DNA from: a virus
Taxonomy: Duplodnaviria > Caudoviricetes
IMG/VR virus record: IMGVR_UViG_3300033066_000581
Coordinates: 29,272 to 93,271 of that record
Reading direction: 5' to 3' (one strand)
DNA: 64,000 nt
Shown here piece after piece: positions 9,054-18,611 of this stretch. The position numbers were made by a program, and so were the translations under genes. Below the pieces are notes generated by a model, which was given only the letters and a program-made list of their open reading frames with translations, did not search any database and was not told the origin of the DNA. The first letter of the stretch is position 1; the number at the start of each line of letters is the position of its first letter.

Positions 9054-9140
9054 TAGAAAATGCGATATCGCCCGAAATTAAACGACGTTCGCCGATAGAT
9101 ACCTACCATAATTCTTGCCATCCGGCTGGATGGCACTTTT

Positions 9141-9416
9141 CTAATACTCGGCGTCATCTTCGTTCTCATCGTTACCAGGATTATAGTTGACCAGGTCAAC
9201 GTATTCGCCGAACTCGTCGTCGAAGATCTTGATCAGATTGTCGTAATCACCTTCCATCATACGGGTAGTGATTCCCTTGATCTCTTCCTTGGTTAACCCA
9301 AGTTGCTTGCCGAAGGTCGACACATAGCCCATCAGAACAAATGCGTTACCTTCAGGTCCACTAAGATCGATCTCACGGCGCCGATATCGCATATCATTGA
9401 TTGTCTTGATAGCCAT
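9141..9416 (-). CDS. Hypothetical protein
   Basis: IDLSGPEGNAF motif familiar from small phage proteins; AAGGA upstream. Confidence 0.7.
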   Translation of the reverse strand: MAIKTINDMRYRRREIDLSGPEGNAFVLMGYVSTFGKQLGLTKEEIKGITTRMMEGDYDNLIKIFDDEFGEYVDLVNYNPGNDENEDDAEY

Positions 9417-9420
9417 TTCT

Positions 9421-9963
9421 TTATCCTTCCCAGATATGTCCGTTAGGTCCACCCGGGACCAAGCTGCGTTCAAGTTGATAGACGTTGATCGTCTTGACTG
9501 GTTTGCCGTTGAGGCCACCCTTGTAGATTTCCAGGTTGTCATTATCGAAATCTACCACATAGGACCATTCACAGCTGAACCCCATAGATGGCTCTTTGCC
9601 GAACGACAACGAATCTTGAAGCATCAGGCCCTTTGGTTCATCCAGGATGAGTTGGAAGATCTTGGCGCTTGTCTCCCGATCGAAAGGCTCCATGATCCGA
9701 GAATATTCTCGAGAATATTCTTCGTGATCAGTTTTACTGAGAATCTCCAACTTATCGATTAGTTCATTAGCCAATTCTTTAGTCAAGAACCGGCATCGCT
9801 TTACCCGATCCCTGAGATCCTTATATTGGCCGGTGTTGATGGCTGAGACAAGGATGTTGGCGATGTCACGGCCTTGGCCAGAAGGATATCCATCCCATTG
9901 GCCATATTGGGCGACCTTGTATTCGCCATCGACGATTGCACAGATAAGATGCCGTGTTCCCAT
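9421..9963 (-). CDS. Hypothetical protein
   Basis: MGTR...QYGQWDGYP motif; GGAGG SD. Confidence 0.8.
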   Translation of the reverse strand: MGTRHLICAIVDGEYKVAQYGQWDGYPSGQGRDIANILVSAINTGQYKDLRDRVKRCRFLTKELANELIDKLEILSKTDHEEYSREYSRIMEPFDRETSAKIFQLILDEPKGLMLQDSLSFGKEPSMGFSCEWSYVVDFDNDNLEIYKGGLNGKPVKTINVYQLERSLVPGGPNGHIWEG

Positions 9964-10133
9964 TACATTACCTCCAACGGTTCATCACGAATAACTTCTA
10001 AATTCTTCTTATGGTCTGGAAGAAGCTCACAGGCTTCTACGTAGGCCTTGTAGTACGAATCGCACCCATCAATGATGCCTAATTGCTTCTTAGACTTCTC
10101 ATCGATGATGAGCCAAACCGGCAACCTTTTCAT
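9963..10133 (-). CDS. 56-aa hypothetical protein (not in the ORF track)
   Basis: TAATG stop/start coupling at both ends. Confidence 0.65.
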   Translation of the reverse strand: MKRLPVWLIIDEKSKKQLGIIDGCDSYYKAYVEACELLPDHKKNLEVIRDEPLEVM

Positions 10134-10336
10134 TATTCTTCGTTCTCTTCAATATATTCAATAGTGACACCAAGGACTTTGGCAATATTTTGAAACATAT
10201 CACGGACGGCTTCTTGCCCACTTGAGCCAAGTTCATCGTAATTTGCATATCCTACTTGAATACCATTCACGTAAAAACACTCGGATTCATCTCTGGTGTA
10301 TGGCTCATTACAACTAAAGACTGGCTTATCAGACAT
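10133..10336 (-). CDS. Hypothetical protein
   Basis: Coupled ORF within the operon. Confidence 0.65.
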   Translation of the reverse strand: MSDKPVFSCNEPYTRDESECFYVNGIQVGYANYDELGSSGQEAVRDMFQNIAKVLGVTIEYIEENEE

Positions 10337-10550
10337 TAATCACCTTAAAAACAACATCCAGATCATACGCATTAGCCCATGACCATGTCATGGGAATGGC
10401 CGATTGCTCACAGATATCATTGGCGATCAGTTCGGCGTCCGCATCTTCGAAATCTTCTGCATTTTCCATGAGATCATCGACACAATCGACGTACCAGGCA
10501 TGAGCAGCAGCGAAGTGGGCTTCGATTTTTTCAGCGGTGTATTTGGTCAT
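10329..10550 (-). CDS. Hypothetical acidic protein (early, leaderless)
   Basis: ATG 6 nt after TATTAT. Confidence 0.7.
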   Translation of the reverse strand: MTKYTAEKIEAHFAAAHAWYVDCVDDLMENAEDFEDADAELIANDICEQSAIPMTWSWANAYDLDVVFKVINV

Positions 10551-10556
10551 AATCCT

Positions 10557-10585
10557 ATAATATCACAACCACCAAATAAGTACAC
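10557..10585 (-). promoter_or_regulatory. Early promoter GTGTAC-N17-TATTAT
   Basis: Repeated motif. Confidence 0.8.
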
Positions 10586-10587
10586 AA

Positions 10588-13500
10588 CTATTTTCGGATA
10601 AAGTGATAATCCGCATCATGGAGTTCGGTATTGATGACGTCCTTAAGTCTAAATCCATTTTGGTCCAACCAAATCATCACTTCCGCCCCCATTGGAGCCC
10701 CTGTATTATATTCGGTATGCTGCAACTCCAGGATCAAATGGTTGCAACTCTTAAGAATATTGACTGCTCCCTTCAGGATCGCGAGCTCTGACCCCTGGAC
10801 GTCCATCTTGATCAGATCTGGCTTAAGAATATCTCCACAAAGCCAATCAAGAGTCACCATTTTCATCATGCACATTGAATTGTCTGGGAAATAGTCCTCG
10901 GCCTCTGGATTTACGTTGATGTTTTCTCGATACCTTGAGTTTCCACCCGGGTGTGCTAGGTTCTTCCAGAATGGCACATTCGACCTGGCCTCTTCGCCCA
11001 GAAGTTTCCCAGTAAAATATCCACTGACTCTTATATTTTCATCATAGATGGGATTCACTTCGTTCATGGCCTCGAAAGCATAGAATTCTGCATCTGGCCA
11101 AACTCTTGCGGCTTCATTAGTCCAATGGAGGACACAAGCCCCGATATCAAAGATCGTCTTGATATCGGGGTACTGTTCCTTCATCTTCTCCAAATACAAC
11201 CGATGGTTGTTGGGAAGAAGTCTCTGATTTCCAAGTTCGATCAAACGTTCAAGCACCGCTGGGTCACTGGTGTGCGGTATAATTGCAGGAGTAGGCTTCG
11301 TAGGACGATATACCTTAGCCCCATGGTGATCGCAGACAATTCGGGTATCTAGTACTATTTGCCACCCGGCAGCCCGAAGCTTTTGGCAGAAGTCAGCGTC
11401 CTCAGAGATTGTGTTGGCATGGTCGATGGCTGGATGATATTCAAACCATGGATATTTAATGGACTTTACCGCATTGACATCCACCAAGCAACATCCAAAC
11501 CCAAGCCAATCCATATCTCTATAGACGCCAGGCTCTGCACTGAACGAAAATCTATTACCCCCTCGGCCGGCCTCAACCTGGTTCTCTTCATTCCTTTGGA
11601 CATAGAGTCCACCTATTGCTCCGGTATAATCATCCAAACCGGCGATCAACCGAATCAATGTATCCGGTGGGAACGAGATATCAGAATCCACAAAGAAGAT
11701 GTAATCATATTGGTCTATACTATGAGATGCAATGAGATTTCTAACTTGGTCCACACGATATCCGAAGAAGTACTGAAAATCGGCCTTATACCCGGTCGGG
11801 ATCTTCAAATCATAGATTGATTTGAACGTTTCTGGTTCAATGTACTTGGCTGTTGGAATGGCGATAAGGATACGTTCATCTGGTACTGATGTCTGCCCAA
11901 TTGATTTGTCTCTTACCAAATTCTGTTCCACTGGGTTCACCTTATAATCATTGAGGGGGTTGAGGTCGTTGTAGTATGTTGTAATATGTGGGTAGGCTCT
12001 GATCTTATATGGATCGGCCTGTTCTAGCAACTGATAGAACAATTCAACGTCTCCGCCGACCATAGGATATTTCTTGTCTATCTTGAGATGCTCTTTATTA
12101 ATACGGTCGTATAGGTCGACCGTAAAAACTCTCAGATGGGTATAAGGTATACCCCAGGCGTGTTGATATCTTCTGTAGCTACAATCTTCTTTAACATCGT
12201 TTGGATATTCCTGAGCAACCAGTGGTACCTTATCTGCTAAAGACCAACAAGACCCGTATGAAAACTCAAGTTTATCTTCATGGAAGTCTGTGTTATACCT
12301 GTTGAATATTTGATTATCTGGGATAAGCTTATCATCACCGTCCAGAAGCATGATCAATCCACCGTAACACTCATACATCATATAAACCTGATTGTCTAAG
12401 CTGCCTCTACGCGTGTCATTGACTTCAAATTTGAATCTATTTTGAAGATCTTCAGGCAGAGACGCGATAGTGTCTTTTATGATCTCTGCTGTACCATCAT
12501 CGGATGCGTCATCGGTTATGAACATCTTCCAGTTATCATAGTCCTGGGTAGCAACTGACATGATGCAATCAGCAATATAATCACGGGCATTACGAACGGC
12601 ACAGACCACGTTGATCATAGTCTCTTCTTTACGATAATGTTCTAGCCGTGATGAAGGTTCAGAAATCCTACGTTCGAACACCTTATCAACCAGAACAGAA
12701 GTCCGTTGCAATCTGCGATATTCATCGACCGGTAGATATCTGTCCAGTTCCTTATATAAGAAGGCCTTCCACTCCAGGGCGATCTTGTCCCATTCTACCA
12801 GTCCCTTGATCTGGCTACAGGCTCCTACCTTCAATTTCCAACCGTATATATCGTCATAGGCTCGATAGACCGTATCAATGAACTTTTGAACCTGCCATCC
12901 CTTTCTGATATGTGGAAAGAGGTCATTTGGCACGACTGGATAGTCGATCATATAGGATCCTGCCTTTAGCGCAGTTTCGCCCAAGGCCCCGAACCGACAC
13001 GTGATCACGGGCGTGTTATAGTATAACGATTCTAGGGTTGATATCCCCGACGTTTCAGGGAATGCACACGGATAAATTGTGAATCCAGCAGTCTTAAGGA
13101 TCCTGGCTATCTCATATTGGGTGATGACTCCGGTAAAGTTAACCGCCAACTTTTGATAACGGGAATCGGTACTATACAGAACCCATTGTTTTTCCTGCTC
13201 GTCAGGTTGGCCCATATTATAGTATCCGCCTATAACCGTCAAATAGGCATCAGGGATGAGTTCCTTAACCCGAGGCCAAATATCCTCAAGAAGAACCCCT
13301 AGGCCCTTCGACACAGAAGCATTGTACACGAAATGGTTACGATCCTTCTCTACATCATCCAACGTATCATGGGGGTTAACACCATTTCGTGTCTGCCAGA
13401 TGGAATTCTTAAGTACCTCATAGTTCCGACGCTGGCCATGTGTGCTGTTGGTGACGTACGTAGTATGAAAATCTGACAGGGTGAAGATACGATCGATATG

Positions 13501-13941
13501 CTTTTCAACGACCAACTCTTCAAGAAACTGTTCAGCGACACAGAAGGTATCATGAAGCCAGACTGCCTTGAACTTGGAGTTCTCGACTATGTCATTGAAT
13601 AAGCCCACCTCGTATTCAACCCCGTTCCATGTCATCTTGGACGGATGGCCTAGATCATTCCTAAGAAACGGAATGCAGGTTCTTGATGAGATGACAACGT
13701 CGAAAACCTTTTCCTTGATATCTTCGATTGTTTTCCATGGCGCATATACCACGGATGTCTCACCAGTTTCGTCTAGCCATGGCTCTTTTACGTTATTGAA
13801 GACTGTGACGTTGCATCCAATCTTCGATAATTCCTTAGAAAGATATACTACAGCTGATTCTGACCCGCCAAGGCCTTTATGCTGTACAGTTGATCCGTCA
13901 TACTCAAGACCAATTAGATCGATAATCGCTATATTCATCAT
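10588..13941 (-). CDS. Multidomain glycosyltransferase (GT-B + GT-A + GT-A) fused to an FkbM-family methyltransferase
   Basis: GLGGSE and ETSGISTLE (GT4-like); DDASDD and DGDD (GT2); DSD and SEDADFC (second GT-A); DIGA...FEA...KMDVQGSE (FkbM). Confidence 0.88.
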   Translation of the reverse strand: MMNIAIIDLIGLEYDGSTVQHKGLGGSESAVVYLSKELSKIGCNVTVFNNVKEPWLDETGETSVVYAPWKTIEDIKEKVFDVVISSRTCIPFLRNDLGHPSKMTWNGVEYEVGLFNDIVENSKFKAVWLHDTFCVAEQFLEELVVEKHIDRIFTLSDFHTTYVTNSTHGQRRNYEVLKNSIWQTRNGVNPHDTLDDVEKDRNHFVYNASVSKGLGVLLEDIWPRVKELIPDAYLTVIGGYYNMGQPDEQEKQWVLYSTDSRYQKLAVNFTGVITQYEIARILKTAGFTIYPCAFPETSGISTLESLYYNTPVITCRFGALGETALKAGSYMIDYPVVPNDLFPHIRKGWQVQKFIDTVYRAYDDIYGWKLKVGACSQIKGLVEWDKIALEWKAFLYKELDRYLPVDEYRRLQRTSVLVDKVFERRISEPSSRLEHYRKEETMINVVCAVRNARDYIADCIMSVATQDYDNWKMFITDDASDDGTAEIIKDTIASLPEDLQNRFKFEVNDTRRGSLDNQVYMMYECYGGLIMLLDGDDKLIPDNQIFNRYNTDFHEDKLEFSYGSCWSLADKVPLVAQEYPNDVKEDCSYRRYQHAWGIPYTHLRVFTVDLYDRINKEHLKIDKKYPMVGGDVELFYQLLEQADPYKIRAYPHITTYYNDLNPLNDYKVNPVEQNLVRDKSIGQTSVPDERILIAIPTAKYIEPETFKSIYDLKIPTGYKADFQYFFGYRVDQVRNLIASHSIDQYDYIFFVDSDISFPPDTLIRLIAGLDDYTGAIGGLYVQRNEENQVEAGRGGNRFSFSAEPGVYRDMDWLGFGCCLVDVNAVKSIKYPWFEYHPAIDHANTISEDADFCQKLRAAGWQIVLDTRIVCDHHGAKVYRPTKPTPAIIPHTSDPAVLERLIELGNQRLLPNNHRLYLEKMKEQYPDIKTIFDIGACVLHWTNEAARVWPDAEFYAFEAMNEVNPIYDENIRVSGYFTGKLLGEEARSNVPFWKNLAHPGGNSRYRENINVNPEAEDYFPDNSMCMMKMVTLDWLCGDILKPDLIKMDVQGSELAILKGAVNILKSCNHLILELQHTEYNTGAPMGAEVMIWLDQNGFRLKDVINTELHDADYHFIRK

Positions 13942-13952
13942 CTTCTCACTTC

Positions 13953-13960
13953 TATAAATA
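13953..13960 (+). promoter_or_regulatory. gp55 late promoter TATAAATA (fibre operon)
   Basis: Exact T4 late consensus in intergenic DNA. Confidence 0.85.
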
Positions 13961-13997
13961 CCAAATAAGATTCCATTAGAAGGACAGCTCGCCAATT

Positions 13998-15857
13998 ATG
14001 GCAAATACCGTGAACGCAAGGATCATCCTAAAAACTAATGGTGTAACTGGGGCAAGGCCATCAACTAGCGACCTACACGACGGTGAGATCGCAATCAACA
14101 CGTTTGATGGTAAGCTATTTATCAAGAAAACCCAGGGTGTTGCCCAGACCATCGAAGAACTGGGTTACACAGGATCGCAGGGTTACACCGGGTCTCGCGG
14201 TGATACCGGTTACGCCGGATCGCAGGGGGTTCAAGGCCTGATTGGTTACACTGGCTCTCAAGGAATTCAGGGTATACAAGGTGTAACCGGTTACACTGGG
14301 TCAAAGGGCGACCAAGGAATTCAAGGAGTTCAGGGTTACACCGGATCTCAGGGCATTCAAGGTATCCAAGGAGTTCAGGGTTACACTGGGTCAAAAGGTG
14401 ACGTCGGTTATACTGGGTCTTTTGGTTACACCGGTTCACAAGGACCTATCGGTTATACAGGTTCTCAAGGAGTTACCGGATACACAGGATCGCTTGGTGG
14501 TTTGGGGTATACAGGATCGAAAGGTGACCCCGGAAATTTTGGTGGCGCAACCTTCTATTATGATTTCTCCACCAACACGTCCGATACCGATCCAACTACC
14601 GGTGTTCTGAAATTCAACAACGCTGACATCTCTCTGGCAACCCAGCTGTATATCGACGATGAGGATATCCATGCTACGGATATCCAACAGTTCCTGAGAA
14701 CCATTGACGACAGCACCTCTGCTGTCAAAGGCCATTTCAAGATCTCGAACTCGATCGACCCTACCGATTTCGCTATCTTTACAATCAGTGGGCTAACCGA
14801 GGCTACCGGGTATTTCAAGGTAGATTGTTCGTTCGTCTCGGGCCCGGCCTCATCGTTCTCTGCCGGCGAAGACATCGTCATCACCTTTGCAAGAACCGGA
14901 GATAAGGGGGACACAGGATACACTGGTTCGATCGGCGGACTAGGATACACTGGGTCTGCCGGGACGAACGGTGCGCAAGGTTACACCGGTTCACAAGGAC
15001 CTATCGGTTATACTGGTTCTCAAGGTGATGTAGGGTCTCAAGGCCCGTTAGGTTACACCGGGTCTAAAGGTGACCAGGGTATCCAGGGTGTAATCGGTTA
15101 CACTGGGTCAAAAGGTGCTGATGGTGCAGCCGGAGCAACCGGATACACTGGATCTCAAGGTGATCAAGGTATTCAAGGGGTCATCGGATATACAGGATCG
15201 AAAGGTGATCAGGGGAACCAAGGTCCAATCGGCTATACCGGTTCTCAGGGAGCAACGGGTTACACTGGCTCGAAAGGTGACCAAGGAACTCAAGGCGTAA
15301 CAGGCTATACGGGATCTCAAGGTGCCATCGGTTACACTGGATCTCAAGGGCCTATAGGTTATACGGGATCTCAAGGAGCGATCGGATACACAGGATCTCA
15401 AGGAGCTATCGGATACACAGGGTCTGCCGGTTCCCAGGGGGCTATCGGTTACACAGGATCAAAAGGTGATCTAGGTTATACCGGATCTGTCGGAGTTGCG
15501 ACGGTTTCAATTCCGTTCGTCATCGAAGGGGGCGGAGCGGTGATCGCAACAGGGATCAAAGGAGACCTTCCCATCCCGTTCAACTGTCAGATCAACTCAG
15601 TGACACTTTTAGCAGACCAAAACGGGTCCATCGTGATCGATATCTGGAAAGATACCTATGCCAACTATCCACCAACCGCTGCAGACTCTATCGTAGCCTC
15701 AGCAAAACCAACGATCTCGGCATCCAATAAATCGTTGGATTCGACATTGACCGGGTGGTCTAATACTGTCACAGCCGGTAGCACACTAAGATTTAACGTA
15801 GATTCAGCGTCGACAATTACCAGATGCACAGTCTCACTTGGAGTAACTAAAACATAA
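13998..15857 (+). CDS. Collagen-like fibre protein
   Basis: Two Gly-X-Y tracts with about 28 GYTGS units; N-terminal GEIAINT-DGKLF fibre-anchor motif. Confidence 0.85.
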   Translation: MANTVNARIILKTNGVTGARPSTSDLHDGEIAINTFDGKLFIKKTQGVAQTIEELGYTGSQGYTGSRGDTGYAGSQGVQGLIGYTGSQGIQGIQGVTGYTGSKGDQGIQGVQGYTGSQGIQGIQGVQGYTGSKGDVGYTGSFGYTGSQGPIGYTGSQGVTGYTGSLGGLGYTGSKGDPGNFGGATFYYDFSTNTSDTDPTTGVLKFNNADISLATQLYIDDEDIHATDIQQFLRTIDDSTSAVKGHFKISNSIDPTDFAIFTISGLTEATGYFKVDCSFVSGPASSFSAGEDIVITFARTGDKGDTGYTGSIGGLGYTGSAGTNGAQGYTGSQGPIGYTGSQGDVGSQGPLGYTGSKGDQGIQGVIGYTGSKGADGAAGATGYTGSQGDQGIQGVIGYTGSKGDQGNQGPIGYTGSQGATGYTGSKGDQGTQGVTGYTGSQGAIGYTGSQGPIGYTGSQGAIGYTGSQGAIGYTGSAGSQGAIGYTGSKGDLGYTGSVGVATVSIPFVIEGGGAVIATGIKGDLPIPFNCQINSVTLLADQNGSIVIDIWKDTYANYPPTAADSIVASAKPTISASNKSLDSTLTGWSNTVTAGSTLRFNVDSASTITRCTVSLGVTKT

Positions 15858-18421
15858 TGACAGTTCTAGCAGCGATCGCTAACGGAAACTTTACATCGGC
15901 TTCAACTTGGGGGATCGTCGATTCCACATCATACCTGGATTCTGAGGCCTCTTCAACGGCTCTGACAACATCATATGTCTCTTCGGCCAACGTCACACCT
16001 GGCGCCATCACTGTTGATGGTGTTGGTGTTAAGATTGGAGCCAGAAACACAACTACCGGTACTATGACAGTCCAATTGTATAACTCAACTGGGGCTGTTG
16101 ATGTTGCAAACGTCACCATTAATACTGCAGATATTCCGCTGTCGAGTACGTCTGATCAGGCCGGCGGGTGGGTATTCTTTAAGTTTGCTTCCCCAGTGCT
16201 TCTGCTGGCCGCAACCAACTATCAAGTAAGAGCTTTGGTTTCATCGGCTTCTTCTATCACGCTTTTCAGAAATGCTACTGCAGGAAACTGGTCTAGATAC
16301 CTGCGCAGAACTACAACCCAAGCTCCAGCAGCCGGTGATGACGTTATTATCACGGCGGAACATACTGGGACAGGAACTAAAATCGTCAGATCAGTAACCA
16401 TGGATTCTACGGCTGCTACTGATTACGGCTCTGCAGCAACTGCAAACACATCAGCTGCAGTTCATATCTCAACTGGCGGAATTCTATCGTATGGAACAAC
16501 AGCATCTACGAACTATGTGATGCGGATCTCCGGAAACCTGCAGGTTTACGCCAACGGTATCTTCAATATGGGATCTGTTGGAGCTGAGATCCCCAGAAAC
16601 TCTACCGCAATTCTGGAATTCGACTGCGCTGCCGACGGTGACTTTGGGTTGATCATGAGAAACCTGGCCAACGTATCTATTCAGGGGTTGTCTAGAACGT
16701 CCGGAAAATCAGCTACTTGGTGTTATCTTAACACGGACGAAGCAATTGCTTCAACATCACTTGGTGTCGACACCGACACGGGATGGCTGGATAACGACGT
16801 CATCGTTGTGACCACGACAACAAGAACTGTTGCTCAGAGCGAAGCCGGCGCACTCAATGGTGCTGCTGGAGCATCAACACTAACCGTCGATGGGTTTGCT
16901 GGGGCCGGAGGTGGATTAGCATTTGCACACTCCGGAACTACACCATTTGCTGCTGAAGTTGGCCTGATTACCAGAAATGTGATCGTCAGAGCTGTTACGT
17001 CGACGTTCACTACGTTTGTCATGGGGTCTGCAACGTGTACGTTTGATGCAGACTGGGCTCAATTTCAATACATGGGATCTAGTGGTGGAACCAACAAATA
17101 CGGAATAAACTTGGTGCCAGGTGCTGGAGGAGTTAACTCGGTTAACTATTGTTCTATTACCGACTTTGAATACTCTGCCATCTATATTTCACCAACGTCT
17201 ACAGGTGTCGTGGATGTTTCAAATAACGTAATTTGGAAGGGAACAAGTGGAACTTCGGGAAGCTATGGAATATTCATTTTCTCGGCCATAACGTCAACTA
17301 ATACGTATAACAACAACCTTATCATCGGCTGGACAGGAGGACCAACATATGGCATCTTCGTCTCTGGCACCAAGGGCCCTATTACCAACTCAGCTATTGT
17401 TGGATGCCAATATGGTTTGTTCTGGTCAAGCAAGACAGAAGTAGTTTCAGGCACCGCTAATGCAGTATCTAACGTTGTAATTCACGGTGGATGTAGCCGG
17501 GCGTTTTATACAAACCTTATTCCGGCGAATATCGTAATTCACAACCTACGAACGATCAGAAATAGTATCGGTATATCAATGGTTGACGTCACATCACAAT
17601 CAGCCGGTATGGTCATGGCCAATGGGGTATTCTCAGATTTCCTCTCTCTAGGAGATACAACCGGCATTCAATATGCCGGCACAAACGGGATGTTTGCTAG
17701 ATATTTCTTCCGAAACCCTATCGTCTCAGGCGATACGACATTTTCTATGACCGATGCCCTGAACTTTGATTCTGGGCATGCCGAGATGATCTTCGAGAAC
17801 CCCAAATTCAGCTTGGCCACCGGATACTATACGATCGCCACTAACAGGGACATCATGATCGGAAACGGTGGATTCTTCTCGTATCGACTTATGCCACAGA
17901 TCACCATGAGAAACCCGACCCTAGGAGCAACTACTACCATGGCCGGTAACCTAGATCTTATGGCTCTTGGGTCGTATATCAAACTTCATACGATTGCCGG
18001 AAACACGTACAACTACAAAACAACGTGGGGTGGGAACAACATCTCACAGTCGAACACGTCTGTTGCGTATGGGTCAGAAAACGTTTCTGAACAACTAATT
18101 CCCCAGTCAGCAAACGTTAAGTTCGAGAGCTCACCGTGTAAAGTTCAAGTGAATTCTGGAACAACTGCCAACATCTCAGTCAGAATCTATAAGCTGAACA
18201 CGTACAACGGCAACGAACCTAGACTGATCCTGAAATCCAACTACCTGATGACAGGGAATGCTTCAGACTTGGTAATGAATACGTTCTCCGGATCTACTAA
18301 CACATGGGTGGAAGTGACCTGTACGACTCCTACTGCTGGGGAGAATGGCGTCTTTACCTTCGTTGTCGATATCGACGGAACAGCAGGTAGCGTTAACATT
18401 GGAAGGTGGGCAGTGTCATGA
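15857..18421 (+). CDS. Tail fibre/spike protein with beta-helix-like region
   Basis: 854 aa, G/S/T/N-rich beta repeats; TAATG-coupled to the collagen gene. Confidence 0.65.
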   Translation: MTVLAAIANGNFTSASTWGIVDSTSYLDSEASSTALTTSYVSSANVTPGAITVDGVGVKIGARNTTTGTMTVQLYNSTGAVDVANVTINTADIPLSSTSDQAGGWVFFKFASPVLLLAATNYQVRALVSSASSITLFRNATAGNWSRYLRRTTTQAPAAGDDVIITAEHTGTGTKIVRSVTMDSTAATDYGSAATANTSAAVHISTGGILSYGTTASTNYVMRISGNLQVYANGIFNMGSVGAEIPRNSTAILEFDCAADGDFGLIMRNLANVSIQGLSRTSGKSATWCYLNTDEAIASTSLGVDTDTGWLDNDVIVVTTTTRTVAQSEAGALNGAAGASTLTVDGFAGAGGGLAFAHSGTTPFAAEVGLITRNVIVRAVTSTFTTFVMGSATCTFDADWAQFQYMGSSGGTNKYGINLVPGAGGVNSVNYCSITDFEYSAIYISPTSTGVVDVSNNVIWKGTSGTSGSYGIFIFSAITSTNTYNNNLIIGWTGGPTYGIFVSGTKGPITNSAIVGCQYGLFWSSKTEVVSGTANAVSNVVIHGGCSRAFYTNLIPANIVIHNLRTIRNSIGISMVDVTSQSAGMVMANGVFSDFLSLGDTTGIQYAGTNGMFARYFFRNPIVSGDTTFSMTDALNFDSGHAEMIFENPKFSLATGYYTIATNRDIMIGNGGFFSYRLMPQITMRNPTLGATTTMAGNLDLMALGSYIKLHTIAGNTYNYKTTWGGNNISQSNTSVAYGSENVSEQLIPQSANVKFESSPCKVQVNSGTTANISVRIYKLNTYNGNEPRLILKSNYLMTGNASDLVMNTFSGSTNTWVEVTCTTPTAGENGVFTFVVDIDGTAGSVNIGRWAVS

Positions 18422-18576
18422 GTTATGGAAGCTTACGATACTTCGAAGATGGTCGCCCACATCTGTATTATATCAGTACAGAATCCATGAAATACATATC
18501 AGATGCTAGTCCATTTGTGTTGTTGAGGAAGCTTATTACTAGAATCGGCAACGCTTTTGCTTTCTTGTCTGGATAA
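18418..18576 (+). CDS. 52-aa hypothetical protein (not in the ORF track)
   Basis: ATGA overlap with the upstream gene; fills the gap. Confidence 0.5.
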   Translation: MSYGSLRYFEDGRPHLYYISTESMKYISDASPFVLLRKLITRIGNAFAFLSG

Positions 18577-18611
18577 ATATAAGAAAAGATTGAGGGAAAG
18601 GGAACTCAACG

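Noticed and set aside
14160-15500. Recurrent GGTTACACNGGNTC as a CRISPR array or DNA repeat
   Set aside because: Variation is at third codon positions, so this is a protein-level collagen repeat with no spacer structure
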